Source: the human T2T-CHM13v2.0 reference genome, Homo sapiens
Length of the DNA: 64,000 nucleotides
Assembly (NCBI RefSeq): GCF_009914755.1
Contig: NC_060929.1
Reading direction: 5' to 3' (one strand)
Under the pieces are notes generated by a model that made no database searches, was not told the origin of the DNA, and was given only the letters and a program-made list of their open reading frames with translations. This document shows positions 29,345 through 45,249 of this stretch, one piece after another (within the stretch, counting starts at the first letter, position 1; every line of letters begins with the position of its first letter). Position numbers and translations under genes: made by a program.

Positions 29345-30800
29345 CAGAGATCAACAGAACAGAACAGAATAGAACAGAACAGGGAGCCCCCAAACAGATT
29401 CACACAACTAGAGTATAAACTGATCTTTGACAACGGAGCAAAGGTAATTCAATTGAGAAAAGAAAGTATTTTCAGCAAATGGTGCTGCAACGACTGGACA
29501 TCCACATGTAAAAGCATGAATCTAGACAAAGACCTTACAGTTTTCATAAAATTAATTCATAATGGATCATAGTCATAAGCATAAAATGCAAAACTATAAA
29601 GCAGACAGAAAATTACACTGGAGATAATCTAAATGACCTTTGGTTAGGTGATGAGTTTTTAGATACAGCACCAAATACTATACAGGAAAGAAAAATTGTT
29701 AAGTTGGACTGCATTAAAATTAAAAACTCTGCTCTGTGAAAGACACTGTTATAAGAAGAAGCCACAAACTGTAAGAAGTATTTTTTTTAAATCTGACAAA
29801 GAACTGGTATCCAAAACAAAACAAAACAACAACAACAAAAACCGTCAAAACTCAACAATAAGAAAAAAAAGCCAACTTAAAAAGGACAAAAAACCCAAAC
29901 AGACACTTCACCGAAAAAGATACACAGATGGCAAATAAGCATTTGAAAAAATGCTCAACATATGTCACTGGGGAACTTCAAATTAAAACAATAATGATAC
30001 ATCACTACCTGCCTCTTAGAATGGCTAAAATTGACAAACTGACCATATCAAATGCTGACAAGGATGTAGAGCAATAGGAACTCTCACTAATTGCTGGTGG
30101 GAATGCAAAATGGTACAGTCATTTTGGATGACAGTTTGATCATTTCTTACAAAGCTAAACATAGTTTTTCCATAATATCCAGCAATCATGCTCCTATGTA
30201 TTTTTCCAACTGAGTTGAAAACATGTCCACATAAAACCCCAAACATGAATATTTATGGCAGTATTATTTATAATCACCAAAAACTACAAGCAAGATATCT
30301 TTCGATAGGTGAATGAAAATGAATAAACAAACTGTGTTACATCTATATAATGGAATATTACTCGATGATGAAAAGAAATGAGCTATTAGGTAAAAACAAC
30401 AGCAACACCACCACCACCACCAAGGAAGAATCTTACGAAAGACTGGCTAAGTGAAAGAAGCCAGTCTGAAAAGTCCACATAGCATATGATTTCAAGCATA
30501 CAACATTCTGGAATTGATAAAAATATAGAGAAAGTAAAGAGGTAAAGAGATCAGTGGTTGCCAGCAGTTAGTGGGTAGGAATAAACAGGTAAAGCACAGG
30601 GGATTTTTAGGGCGGTGAAATTATTCTATATGATACTATAATGGTGTGTATATGACATCATACATTTAATAAAAACCATATAACTATACAACAGAGTGAA
30701 CTTTAATGTAAATTTTGGTCTTTGGTTAGTAATAATGTATTAACATTAGTTCATTAGTTTTAACAAATATATCATACTAATGCAATACATTAATAACTGA

Positions 30801-31085
30801 CGCCAGGTGTGGTGGCTCACACCTGTAATCCCAGCACTTTGGGAGGCCAAGGCACACAGATCACTTGAGACCAGGAGTTTGACACCAGTCTGGCCAACAT
30901 AGTGAAACCTCATCTCTATTTAAAATATAAAAATTGGCTGGGTGTAGTAGTGCACGCCTGTAAACCCAGCTATTCAGGAGGCTGAGGCACATAATCACTT
31001 GAACCCTGGGAGGCAGAGGCTGCAGTGAGTTGAGATCGTGCTACTGCACTCCAGCCTGGGCCACAGAGTGAGACACTGTCTCAAA

Positions 31086-31128
<43 letters not shown>

Positions 31129-31129
31129 A
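30801..31129 (+). mobile_element. AluS-like with (TAAA)n tail
   Basis: Full dimer with tetranucleotide tail. Confidence 0.93.
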
Positions 31130-33270
31130 GCATTAACTGGGAAAACTGTAGGTTGGGGAAGAGGGCTATATGAAAAAACTGCTATTTGCTCAATTTTTCT
31201 GTAAATCTGAAACTGTTCAAATTAAGTCTCTTCATTGTGTGCGTGGGCACGTGCGTGCATAAACTCATGCATCAAACTGGAAAAATAAAGCTATATACAG
31301 CTATTTATACTCTTAACTGATAATACAGAGTGGCCAAGAAATAGACAATATAAGAGATAGGCATGTCTTAGAATTTACCATTTAGTTATTGTTTCGTTTT
31401 GCTGTCCCCCACTCCCACTCTCAATATTCCAGAAGAAAAGAAAGAAGGGATAGTCATTATTCAGCCTGTGCAGGTCTAGCTCTTCAGACACAAACATGGA
31501 TAGTATCAGAAGATGCACGAAAATCAGACTGCACTACAAATTAAAAAAGAATAAGGTCTAGATTAATGGCTATAAATCACCAACTCCTAAAACCGAAGTA
31601 TAAACTAATAATCTTCCGAGGCCTGGCAGGAATAAAATTATACAATATATGGGTTAATACAACTGACTGAGAGAGATACAGCCTATGCCAAACTAAAGAA
31701 AGCTTGCCTGGCCTACAGGCCTAAAGGTTCAAATGTTTATTAAAAAAACACAGTAGTCACATAAAATGTCTGCTGGCTGGCTGGAATTCCATCACCTACA
31801 ATTTACCTGCTTTCAAAAACTGTGTTCAACATTGAGAAAACAGAAAACCACTTATCTTGAGCTTAATATGGGCTTCTTTTTCCTTAACTGTAGAACACTT
31901 ACTGAAATATCAAATCAATGGTTAGGATATGTATCCTAGGCAGGCCTAAACCATTAACACTTGGTTTAAGCAACTTTGTATAATTTACCTCCTAAATCAT
32001 AAAGAAGATACCTAAACATTTATATTAAAACAATACAACTCAAAGAAATTGTCATCTCAAGCAAATAATCCTGATGTTAAAATTATTTCCATCTTACATT
32101 CATAAAATCATCAAATTTTGTGTTTTCACAGAACTTCTAGAAACATACAAACAGGGCTATATAAATTGAGAAGTTATGAAGCCAAAGTAGACTGTACATC
32201 AGGAAGCTCATAAAAGTTGCTCTAAATTCCCTCTGCAAATGTATTTGATTTCTCCTACACTTCATCTATAAAAAACATGCATATAATGCTTTTATTTAAT
32301 CATGAATGGCACCCAAAATGTGATAATCTCAACCTTTATGGTTTAAGTATGAAGAAATGAAATTATGAATAACTTTGCATATAATTCAGATATAAAGAGT
32401 GAAGATGCCAGTAAACTAAAAAAAACCCACACTGATTACCGTATCACTAGAGTTTCAGTGTCCCAAAATGAAAAAGCTTTAGAGATTGATTTCAAAACAA
32501 TGTAAATATGCTTAACACTACTGAACTGTACACCTAAAAAATGATTTATAAAGCTAAATCTAACGTTATAGATATTTTTACAATAAAAATATTAAATTAA
32601 AATTATTTGTTAGCATGCTCCATATAATAAATGCCTAAAATTAATGTTAAAATAAAATTAATATATGGCAGAAATATCATCTCAAATACAGTTTTTGCCT
32701 GTACAAATTATTTCTAATACCAAAAAATAATATAAGGTGAAATTAAATTCTCTCTGTTTTTCTCTACATTTCCCCTAACCACTGAGTGTACTGTACAGAA
32801 CAGTAAGATATATTTAACTAGCTTTTCATATCTTTTATCCTAAACATTATGATGCATAAACCAAATGAATGAGTAGACATTATTCTCTTTCTCAATAATT
32901 GAGTCAAGTAAATGATTATTATACAATAGTCATAAACTTCTTCAATTTAAATCTACCACTCTTTAGCTCAGTTTTAAAAATGTTTTATATATTTTAAAAG
33001 TTTTAAAATTTTATATATATGTATGGCATGCCTACAATTTCATCATAGCAATCCTGCAGTTACACAAACTAAAACAGCCTTTCACTCCAAGATGTGATGG
33101 CCCATTTAAACAAACAACAATCTAGAAGATCCCTGCCCCAGTAAGAGACCACACAGTTGTCAATAAAAAAAATGTAGTTTTTCTAAAAGTAAGGTACATA
33201 GACTACTGGTAATAATAAAATTTACACAGTGGTACGTAGTGTACACAATGTGGTATACAAATACACATTT

Positions 33271-33399
33271 ATTATTATTTTTGTGACGGGGTCTCACTAT
33301 GTTGCCCAGGCTAGTCTCGAACTCCTGAGCTCAAGCAATCTAACCACCTTGGCCTCCCAAAGTACTGGGATTACAGGCACATGCCAACACGCCTGGCCC
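33271..33399 (-). mobile_element. FLAM / Alu monomer
   Basis: Single antisense arm. Confidence 0.8.
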
Positions 33400-33657
33400 A
33401 GATACATATTTTTAATTTTAGTTACTATAAATTTATTTTTATAGCTAGTTTTATTATGGTAAAGCATATTGTTTCCCTATCTAGGGTAATGAAGTTTCAT
33501 GTTGAAATAGATTTATTTAGGTATAAAAGATGGTCAAATTTAAAGAGAAACACTAAATTTAAAAAGTATACATGATATATAAATTTGGCAAAATTGTTAA
33601 GATATGATGTAAGTGACTTAAGTTGGGGAAGCACTGCTGTAGGTTATGTTTACCATA

Positions 33658-34046
<389 letters not shown>

Positions 34047-34890
34047 TTATAACAATCTATTAGATTATTACTAAATTGAATTTACCTATTTTATACTAGA
34101 AAACTAGGGGTCAAAAACGCTAATGCACTTGCCCAAGATCACCAGAGGTAGTAAATGACAGAGCCAGGGTTAAAATCCACCTCTGTCTGACAGATTCTAG
34201 AGTCTTAGTTTTCACTCCCTATGCTATTCTATCTCTCTAGTCTAAAGGAGGAAAGATTGAGAAAATGAAGTAGACCTAAACCGAACCTCTTGTCGAGGGA
34301 GACATATCAGTCACTTAGTATACTAATTCCCAACATAACATCATTTGTAGTATGTATGTCACATAGTTAGAAGACAGCTACAGCAGTTGTTGGGGCTTCA
34401 GGTACAAGCTTTGTTGAGCCAGAAAACCCTAGCGGAAGGACTATTCACTGTGCCATATCTAGAGGAAGGATCAAGCAACAAAGCCATTTAGAATATCAAG
34501 TGCATGTTCCTTATATCCATATATCCTTGTATCTCATGTATTCAAGAATATCTGATTACTACCACTGGTTAAATAACACTTAACAGTCCCTACATCTAGG
34601 ATCCCAAGAGAGAACAAAGCATACTTTTGCTAGAACAAGGGTCTTTCCTGGTCATATTTGCTTGTCAAATGGCCCAATACTGAAAAACATACCACTGATG
34701 GCTCTCAATGTGCTTGATTCTCAAGCACATTTGAGATGTAATAACATAGGAGCCAATGGTCTACTGAATTACACCATCATATGACTATAGGACAAAGAAA
34801 TCAAATTTTATTAGAACAAGTTAAAGAAAAAATGAATCTTCCTGTGTACACTATGAATTACTGCATTATGGAAAGCTGGGCAATATGTAC

Positions 34891-34976
34891 CTGAATTCAT
34901 TTAGGGCATCAACTATTCGATTATATGCCAAACTTCTCTGACTGGCATCAGCTGATCTCCGGCTCATTTTCATAGC
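34891..34976 (-). CDS. FNIP1: FNIP1 exon 11 ([29 protein letters not shown])
   Basis: tcaag|GCT acceptor, CAG|gtacat donor, 86 nt. Confidence 0.96.
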
Positions 34977-35315
34977 CTTGAAAACAATCATTGAGATAGT
35001 TAATTCTTATGTTAATCATGAGCAAAACATGGAAAAAAGTCTTTTTTAGACAGAGTCACATATTTACACAACGCTCTATCAAAATTCTTATCGAGAAAGA
35101 AATAAAGAAAGTAAATGCATTTATTGTGGCTTTTTCTTCTACACATTTGGTAATTAATGAATGGTTGAACAAAGTTCAAAATTTTTGACTGTTTTCAATC
35201 TCTTATTTTTAAAACTGCAGACTGTCAACACATAAAAAAACTGATGTTGACAGTTTCTGGGTTACAAAAAACTTATTTTTCCCAAACAGAACAAGACATA
35301 ATGATAACTCAGTAA

Positions 35316-36258
<943 letters not shown>

Positions 36259-36966
36259 AATATTTGCTTTCTTAAAATATATTTAGCCAAGGTTAAAAAG
36301 CCTTAATCTAGGTAGGCAAAAAGGGGATCAGGATTAGGATATGGAGGTCAAAAAGAACTTTAATCTTTAACACTTTTTCAAAGAGAATTGAATTCTGTAT
36401 TCTTTATATAATTACAAAGTGATTAAATATTGTTTAAAAAAATAATTAAGATGTCAGCCTACTTTAGGCCAGAAATCATGTTCCTGTACACCCAAAAGCT
36501 TCAGAGGGTGAAAGTGAAACACGCTTTATGTTTTTTCAAACTGTTAAGAGACTGGCAATTTATAAAGAAGTGAATATTATTTTGCTAGAATTTGGTAGTG
36601 TTCTTCCTTAATCTTATCAGCAATGCTATTTTTAAATTAAATCACAAATCTCAAAAGATAGAAGACTTCAAAATAATTGCCAAGGTGTTCAGAAACAAAA
36701 TCCATAGCTTTTATTTAAAAAAAAAAATAGTCTGAAAACTGGCCCTAGAAGATAACTTCTTTGGATGGTACAATATTCACTATTATATTCTATTCTTAAT
36801 AATATTCTATCATTAAGTAACTACTATAGAACTTTAAAAATTAAGTCCCATTCACTTATGTAAAAGCATTCATTTAATTTCATCTTTCAGCTTTAATAAA
36901 AAATGCGATACTACAATTGAACAAATATCCAAACAACTATAAGCATTAACAATGTACATTTTAGGT

Positions 36967-37273
36967 CGGGGTCCCCAGCCTCTGGGCCGTGGACCAGTAC
37001 CCGTCAGTGGCCTGTCAGGAATTGGGTCGAGCAAGCAAGTGAGCGAGCATTACTGCCTGAGCGCTACCTCCTGTCACATCAGTGGCAGCATTAGATTCTC
37101 ATAGGAGCGCATACCCTATTGTGAACCGTGCATGCAAGGGATCTACGTTGCACACTCTTATGAGAATCTAATGCCTCTGAAACCATGGCAACTCCCCACC
37201 TCCCCAGCCCCATCCGTGAAAAAATTATCTTCTACAAAGGGTCCCTGGTTGCCAAAAAGGCTGGGGACTGCTG
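36967..37273. mobile_element. MER1B-like hAT-Charlie element
   Basis: ggggtccccagcc...ggctggggactgctg termini; 8-bp TSD (t/c)tttaggt. Confidence 0.85.
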
Positions 37274-38157
37274 CTTTAGGTTACAGAATTATCAAAGCGT
37301 TAAAACATGAAAACACTTGAAAAGTAATCTTTAATGAGTTCTATAATGCCTATTTCAAGTTTTATACAAAGTTTGAAATACTTCTCCAAATAACTAAAAA
37401 TGTCAGTTCACCCACAACTTATTACTGTGTGTGATGACTTTGGCTAGACTACAAAATGTGAGTGCAGCCAATTGAAGAAATGTAATCAGTGTCTAACTTA
37501 AGAAAAGGTAAATGAAAATGGCCTTTACTCATTTGTTCAATAAAAATGTATTGCTAATGAACTATTTATTTTTTGACATACTCAATATGAATAACTAACA
37601 TCTATGTCTTCTCTAAAGGCAGATCATCCTTAGTCACTAATGAGTTATTGAGATACATCCTTTCCTTTCTAAACCATTCTAACGGGTCTACCCACCTCTC
37701 GTCTCTTACTCCAGTCTCTTCAAAACGCACTACCAAGTGCTCGTTTCAGCAGCCATATACAAAACACACTGCCAAGTTAATCTCCCCAAAGTACAACTTG
37801 CAAACAGCCTTAAAGACAAAGTCAGAACTCCCTGGCAAGCACGCTACATTTTTTGTCATCAGGTACTCATTAACTTCGCCAGTTGTACCTCTCACTATTC
37901 CTCTTTGTATCCTTTCCCTTCCACAGACTGTTGCAAAAAACTCTGGTGACAGCCACTGATTTTATCAGCTCAACTTCTGGGAATCTCCTCTAAAAAATAA
38001 TCTGGAAAATTCGCCAAGATGTTAACGATAGGGTAGCAACAATTGTGCAAAAGTAGAAATGGCCTAACAGGGAAACTGTTACTTAAATTGAGGAGACCTA
38101 CTAAAATATATGTAAGAACCATTTACAATAACTTGAGAAATGTGTATGTGACAATGA

Positions 38158-38370
38158 TGTTTTTTATTTTACTATTTGAGATAGGGACTCACTCTGTTGC
38201 TACAGTGCAGAGGCACAATCACAACTCACTACAGCCTCGACCTTCTGAGCTCAAGCACCCCTCCCACCTCGGCCTCCCTAGTAGCTGAGACTACTAGTGT
38301 GCTCCCCCATGCCTGGCTAATTTTTAAATTTTTTTTTGTAGAGACCGGGTCTTGCCATGTTGCTCAATCT
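38158..38370 (-). mobile_element. Partial AluJ
   Basis: Antisense right arm and linker. Confidence 0.8.
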
Positions 38371-38729
38371 GAGTTTTTTTAAATGGGCATATAATTTGAA
38401 AAATGTAGACACAGCACAATCCCTACCAAGTAAAAGCACAATATGCATAAAAAAGGCCTAAATAAGATTTTTCAGCAATGAGTTACTGTGTTCCCTTTGG
38501 GTGGCAAGAATGTCGATTTTCTTGCTATTCTGCTATATCCAATTTTCAGAGCTTTATGTTCCAAAACATCCCATACATCCTTCAAAATGCAGTCCAAATG
38601 AAACTTCTTCCCAATAGGAAGTCATTTCACTTTCCCCCAAATTTCTAAAAAACCTTTGTCCTTCCTTTTTAGCTTAGATTCTAATATTTCACAATTTACT
38701 ATACATATTTGTATCGTATATACTATCTC

Positions 38730-39856
38730 AGTAGCAACTGACAAAAGTGATCACTCCTTCCTTGAAATACTTTCTGTACTTGGCTTTCCCCAAAAGAATA
38801 CACTCTTGTTTTTTCTCCTAATTGAATAGCCAATCCTTTTCCTTCGCCTCTGCTGGTTCCTTCTCATCTCGTCAAACTCTTAATGTTAAAATGCACCACA
38901 ACTCAGGCTTACCATTGCCTGTCCTCTCTTGCCAATCTCCATCAGTTTCATGGCTTTAAATACCATCTATACACTGATGACTTCTCTGGTAAACTCCAGA
39001 CTCATAAAAACACAAGGATGTCCATATGCAAATATAAAATACCCATCTTCCTTTATCAAATCTGTTTCGCTTGCAGTCTTTCTCACTTCAATGCTGGCAA
39101 CTTCATCCTTTTAACTGCTTGGCTAAAAAAATCTTAGAGTCAACCTTAATGATTAGTCTACCAGCTAATCAAACTGGCTGTTTTCAAAATATATCTAGAA
39201 TCCAACTCTTTCTTACCAATTCAGTCACTAAAGTGGTTTGCGTATTCATCATCTGGATTACTGTAACAGTATGCTAATTGGTCTCACAACATCTACTTTT
39301 GCTCCTAGAAATCTATTATCCACCAGCAGTAAGAGTGATCCTCATAAATAATGTCCTTCTTCCTCCACTGAAAACCCTCCAATGGTTTCCCATCTTTCAT
39401 ACTTTTGTAAGAATAAATGCTAATGTTCTTACAATGGTATCTTATAAGGTCCTACATGATCTAGTCTCACTTCAACCTAGGCACCTTGGCCTCGTAATGC
39501 TGCTTAAGTATCAGGCTTACTCCTGCAATAAGGCCTTTGCCCCTGCCTGGAATATCTCGTTCCAGATGGTTGTAGCTCACCTGCTCCGTATTTCTGGACC
39601 ACATTCACATGTCCTTTAATAAGGGGCATTCCTGACTAGCCTATAAAAATTAGTAATCCTTCCTTGCAGGATCCCTTATATACCGTTCTCCGTTTTATTT
39701 TTCTTCACAGGACTTATTACATACATCTATATTCATATGTTTATTTGTCCCATGAGGTCAGAAGTGTTGCTTTTATCACTTCTCTTTAGTTGGTAGAACG
39801 GTGTCTACCACATTTTAGTCCCTCAAATATTTATTTACAGAACAAATGGATGAATG
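38730..39856 (+). mobile_element. L2 fragment
   Basis: ctttaaataccatctatac..tgatgac and aaaaccctccaatggtttccc motifs; ends in gatgaatga. Confidence 0.7.
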
Positions 39857-40041
39857 ATCTTATATCTTTTACTAGACAGTAAGCACCTTAAAAAGGGTTC
39901 AATCTATTTGCATCCAACAGAGCACTTTATAGGACACATGCACAACGTCTGTTAATTTTTCTGCCAAATTAATAAATATAATGCTTAATTGGGAGAATAA
40001 GATTTTAAAAGGAAAATACATAAATAAATAACTATGCTTAC

Positions 40042-40243
40042 CTGTTCTATTGCACTCTTTAATTTGTTCATGTGGCTTTCAAAGAGAGGAAAATGTGAAA
40101 AAAAGAATTCATTAAATTTGTTATTTTCATCTTCATCTTTGGACAATGAAAAGATTACCCCAATTGCAATCTTCTTTTTCCGCACAATTCCTGGGTTAGG
40201 GCCACAGCTTTCATCTGAGAGATTAAAGCTTTCTTCTATAGAC
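40042..40243 (-). CDS. FNIP1: FNIP1 exon 10 ([28 protein letters not shown]...KSAIEQ)
   Basis: ttaag|G acceptor, CAG|gtaag donor, 202 nt; overlaps ORF 39985..40185. Confidence 0.97.
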
Positions 40244-40769
40244 CTTAAAAATAAATGATTTTTTATTAATTTACAAAAGTAAAAATAAATTCACAATTTA
40301 ATCTTCTTGCTAATTAAATGTAGGTAAGCTAAGTCTTTTGCTGTTTTATCAAACAAACCTATAATTTCATACCAATTGTATATCTCTTTAAGAAATCTAC
40401 TGGCTATTCTTTCAGGTTCATGTTCTTGTAAGAAATTTTACTACAGAGTCAGATTGGGAACATTTTTTTGTCCAATTAGAAGTAACTAAAGAAGTAGATA
40501 ATCCCAATTCATAATCAACCAAAAAGTGGCTAAATTTTAAGATTTATAGATGAGTCTGGTACAATCTTTTCCCTGTTCTAGGCCCTTCTGGTGTCTGTTT
40601 TTGATTTCAGGAGTAAAGTCAAAGATGAAGGAATAAAGGAAATAAAAAAGAGGAGAAAACAAGAACTTTTAGTATCTACAGTTGTACTTAATGTAGATTA
40701 AAAACTAATCTTTCAAGAATGAATTACCTTGCCAAAATAAAAACATGAAAAACTGAAATATCAAAACAT

Positions 40770-42252
40770 GTAGTATATAAATCAAAGACCTAAACATAAA
40801 ACTCTTAGAAGAAAACAAAGGGTAAAGGCATCATGTATCATGACACTGATTTGGCAATGGTTTCTTGGATATAACACAAAAGGCACAGTCAACAAAGGAA
40901 AAAAAAATAAACTGGACTACATACAAATTTAACCTTTTGTGCATCAAAGGACACTATCAATGGAGTAAAAAGGCATCCCACAGAATGTAAAAAAAATTTA
41001 CAAATCATATATCTGATAAGGGATCAATATCTAAAATATATACAGAATTTCCAGACATCACCAACAAAGCAAAAAAATGCAGTTATAATATGGGCAAAGG
41101 ACTTAAATAGACATTTCTCCAAAAAAGATATACAAATAGCCAATAAGCACAAGAAAAGATGATCAAGTCAGATGTGGTGCCTCATGCCTGTAATCCTAGC
41201 ACTTTGGGAGGCTGAGGCAAGTGGATCACTCGAGCCCAGAAGTTCTACTAACCTGGGCAACATGGCGAAACCCCATCTCTAAAAAAAAAGAAAAAAAAAA
41301 AATTAGCCAGGTGTGGTGGCAAGCCTGTAGTTCCAGTTATTTGAGAGGCTGAGGTGGAAGGATCACCTGAGCCCAGGGAGGTTGAGGCTGCAGTGAGCCG
41401 GGATTATGCCACTGCACTCCAGCCTGGGCGACTCAAAAGGGAAAGAAAAGAAAAGAATAGAAAAGATGTTCAACTTCACTAATTATTAGATAAATGCAAA
41501 TAAAATCCACAATGAGGAACCACTTCAGACTCATTAAGATGGCTATTATCAAAAAAACAGAAAATAAGTGCTGGTGAAGATATGGAGAAATTGGAACCAT
41601 TGTGCATTGCTGGTGGGAATGTAAAATGGTACAGTAACCATGGAAAACAGTGTGCAGCGTGACAGTTCCTCACAAATTTAAAAACAAAATTACCATATGA
41701 TCCAGCAATTCCACTTCTGGATATATAACCAAAAGTATTGAAAATGGGGACTCGAACAGATACTTGCACACTCATGTTCAGAGCGGCATTATTCACAATA
41801 GTTAAGAAGTGGAAGCAACCCAAGTGTCCATCAATAGACAAATGGATAAACAAAATGTGGTATGTATATACAATGGAATGTTATTCAGTCATAAAAAGGA
41901 ATGAATTTCTGACACATGCTACAACATCGATAAACCTTGAAAACATTATGCTAAATGAAATAAGGCAGACACAAAAGGACAAGCAGTGTATGATTTCATT
42001 CATACAAGGTATGAATGAAAATTCATAAAGACAGAAAATAGAATGGTGGTTACAAGAGGAAGAAAAGGGAGAAATGAGGAATTACGTTGAATGGATACAG
42101 AGTTTCAGCTGGGAAGAGGAAAAAGTTCTGGAGTTGGATGGTGATGATGGTTGCACAACAATATGAAGGTATTTAAACAAATGTCACTGAACTGTACACC
42201 TAAAAATGGTTAAAATTGTAACTTGTTATGTATAACTTACCACAATTTTAAA
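40770..42252 (+). mobile_element. L1MB-like 3' portion interrupted by an AluJ (41168-41465, +)
   Basis: ORF2 C-terminal peptide MFRAALFTIVKKWKQPKCPS and L1MB-type 3' UTR. Confidence 0.85.
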
Positions 42253-42387
42253 AATGTAGTAAATTTTAAAAGTTTTCAGTTTCAAACTTAAAATACACAG
42301 AATACAAGTCCAGGTTCTAAAAAACCCATATAAAATTGTGTTTAAGGAACTACTCAATCTTGTTCTGTGTTTAAAGTTCCAACTTAC

Positions 42388-42523
42388 CATCTAGGAAATA
42401 CCCCATTTTCCAAACTTGTTGTTTGGCTGCGTCGCCAACGTCGCTGGTAGCTGCTGGCACAACTTCGGGTAAGTGAGGAGTTTGGGGAAGGAAATGGAGT
42501 GATCAGCAAGCTGCTGAGAGATG
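42388..42523 (-). CDS. FNIP1: FNIP1 exon 9 ([46 protein letters not shown])
   Basis: aacag|CA acceptor, ATG|gtaag donor, 136 nt. Confidence 0.96.
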
Positions 42524-45177
42524 CTGTTAAGTCAGAAGAACAACAAGTATAAGTCAATAATGACTAAGCATAATGACAAATTTCTTTTTAACAAAATTAC
42601 AAATAGGTTAAGTTAAACTTTATTTTGCTTCATGAGCCTCAAAAATGTTCATTAAAAGAACACATCCTTCTTGTAGCAAGGTCTCAGAGGAGAAAAATCA
42701 TATATTAACAATGTATCAGCAAAAAACTCTGAGACAATCCCCTTTTGGCATTCCCCTCTAGGGACTCCAGAAGAAAATTATACTTTGCAACAAGGCATTA
42801 TCCCTTTGGCCACTGGATTGACTGTCCCCTAACTCAGTTGAATCCTTTTAGTTCTTAAATTAAAGGAAATCTGATGCTATTCAAACTTAATGCAGCAGCT
42901 GGATTTTAAGAACAAGCTATTGAAAATAAGTGTCTGAATGGCATTTAAAGAGGTCATTTACAAGTATTCATGGATCACATGTGCACATGTAGTCAAACCT
43001 ACCACTTTTAATTAAGAATCATGACTATACCTACTAAGCTCCAAAAAAAGAATGCTCCCTGGAGCATCTAAGGTGACAAACACATTCCAGCAGACTCCAC
43101 TCTTTCACGGCTGCAATCCCCTGATCTTGGGGATGGATTATTCCCTTCCCGAAACACTTCTGTGAAATCTGTAAGATATGTTTATTGCTTGAGGTGTTAA
43201 GAGCTACAACTGCTGATTTTTCATTAGGCTAGGAGATTTTCATCAGGCTTTTCCCCACTGGATTTAGAGAGGATAACACTTGCCATTAAGGGCTTGCTTT
43301 TGTTTGGCAATATTCCAGACTTCTATCTTTCATGATCATAAGCACATACTGAAAATGTATATTCAAAACAGGGAACCATTATCATCACTATTAAAAAGGT
43401 ACAGGCCAGATGATAAATTATTTTGGACACCAGCACTAAAAACTGAGACACTTTCATTATGAAGATCTATTCATTTGAATTCTGACAAATTCAATGATAG
43501 AGGATAAAGCTGTATGTGCCATGCAAACATGTAGACCATCAATGAACTCATTCTAAATTACTTTAGAATGCAGATTCTAAATGCAGACCACATTTTATCA
43601 ATTAGTATTATAAACTCTTGTAGTCCAAGATTGGGTATGTACAACTAAATCTGGGTATGACTTCAGTGAAAAATAAAATGCTGTCCTAAGTTTGGAAAAA
43701 ATACATTTCACTGCATTCTAATATTAAAAATAACCCTATTAGAAAAAAAAGAAAACACACATTAACTTAAATGGCATATATGAATCCAATAACTTGAAGC
43801 AGCCTAACAGATCAGTCTAGCCAGATGCTTCAACTTACAAAGAATGTAAGTATAAATAAATTATACTTAAATCTTAAATAAAATAATGAGAATTAAATTC
43901 CTGCCAGGGAAGACTAAATATCTAGATTACATCGAAGCAAAGGGTATTAAAAGAAATAAACTCTAGATTCTTTAAAACAAAAATAAGAAACTCAATTAGA
44001 AAAGAAAGATGAGATTACTTGAAAAACACAAGCTACTCTTATTAGAGTAGTGGTCGGCAACCCTAGCTATCCATTAGAATCAAGTGTTAGGTTTTGCATT
44101 TTGTTTTGTTTCACAAATACAGATGCCTAGAGATACCTTCTCTAGGTTACACGAGAGTCTTTGAAAGTAGAGTTCAGGCACTTGAATTTTTTATAAAACT
44201 TCTCTTTGTTATTCTAATACATACCTAGGGATTGCAATATACAGCAAGTTTAGATTTTTCATTTATACTCAAAACTGAATTACAAAACAATTTCGATAGC
44301 AGAGCCATATAATGTAACAACACATGCTATCACACTGAATTAAGTTTCTCATATCTAACAGTAATTCAAGCCTAAAATTACTCCTCCTTTTACTTATGCT
44401 GCTCTCTGGGCCCCAACAAACACTTTTCCTTTTAGCTAAAATGCTTTTCTGAGCTTTTGCCTGGATAACTGCTATTTATTTCTCAAAATACAACTCAATC
44501 ATCATCCTTCTGTAAAGCATTGTTGGCATCCCTGCCCCTTGCCCAGGCTAAGTGTGGTGCTCTTTCGCTGAAGCTTTTTGCGCAGGCCTATCACTAAATG
44601 CATCACACAATGACCTATGACAGATGATTTTCCTAATTTTTCTCCCAGTAGACTCCATACATCTGTGTTCCGTAAGGGCAGACTCTGGGCTTTAATTTTT
44701 TTAATGTCCACCATGTTTCAATAAATGTTTGCTAGACCTACAAATTTTGGACAGGTCCATATTTGGAAAAAAAAAAAAAGTATAACATTGATTCAAAATG
44801 CCTATGCTTTTCTGGGCAAGAGACAATATGACAATTTAAACTTTAGTTAGCAGCAAGCAAATATAAGCAAACGTGTTTTTTTTTTACTACAGTTTCTAAG
44901 CAGTTTTTCTGACCAATGCTTTTCTTCTTATATTCACTAAGCTTCAACCAGTGTACTTTACTCTGGCTTTACTTCATCCTGGCTTTATCCTACTTAGCAC
45001 ACTTAAAAGTAAACATGAAAAATATTAAATTTATAAGACTTTGCTCTGGTCTTTTCACAGTTCTCTTGTAAGGCTAATATCAATATGAACAAATTTGATA
45101 ATAAAGGGAGGGATAAAAAAGAAAATCAATGCCAACAGTAATCTCATAAAAAACTGAATACAAGAACGTGACATTAC

Positions 45178-45249
45178 CAGACCGTGCTATGCCACTGTCT
45201 CTGTCCTCATTGAGCTCTCTTCCAGGCATGTCCATTGGGTTGCTGTGAA
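45178..45249 (-). CDS. FNIP1: FNIP1 exon 8 ([24 protein letters not shown])
   Basis: tatag|TT acceptor, CTG|gtaatg donor, 72 nt. Confidence 0.96.

Noticed and set aside
31245-31260. CACGTG E-box as a TFEB CLEAR site
   Set aside because: It lies in a GC/GT simple-repeat run and lacks the GTCACGTGAC flanks.
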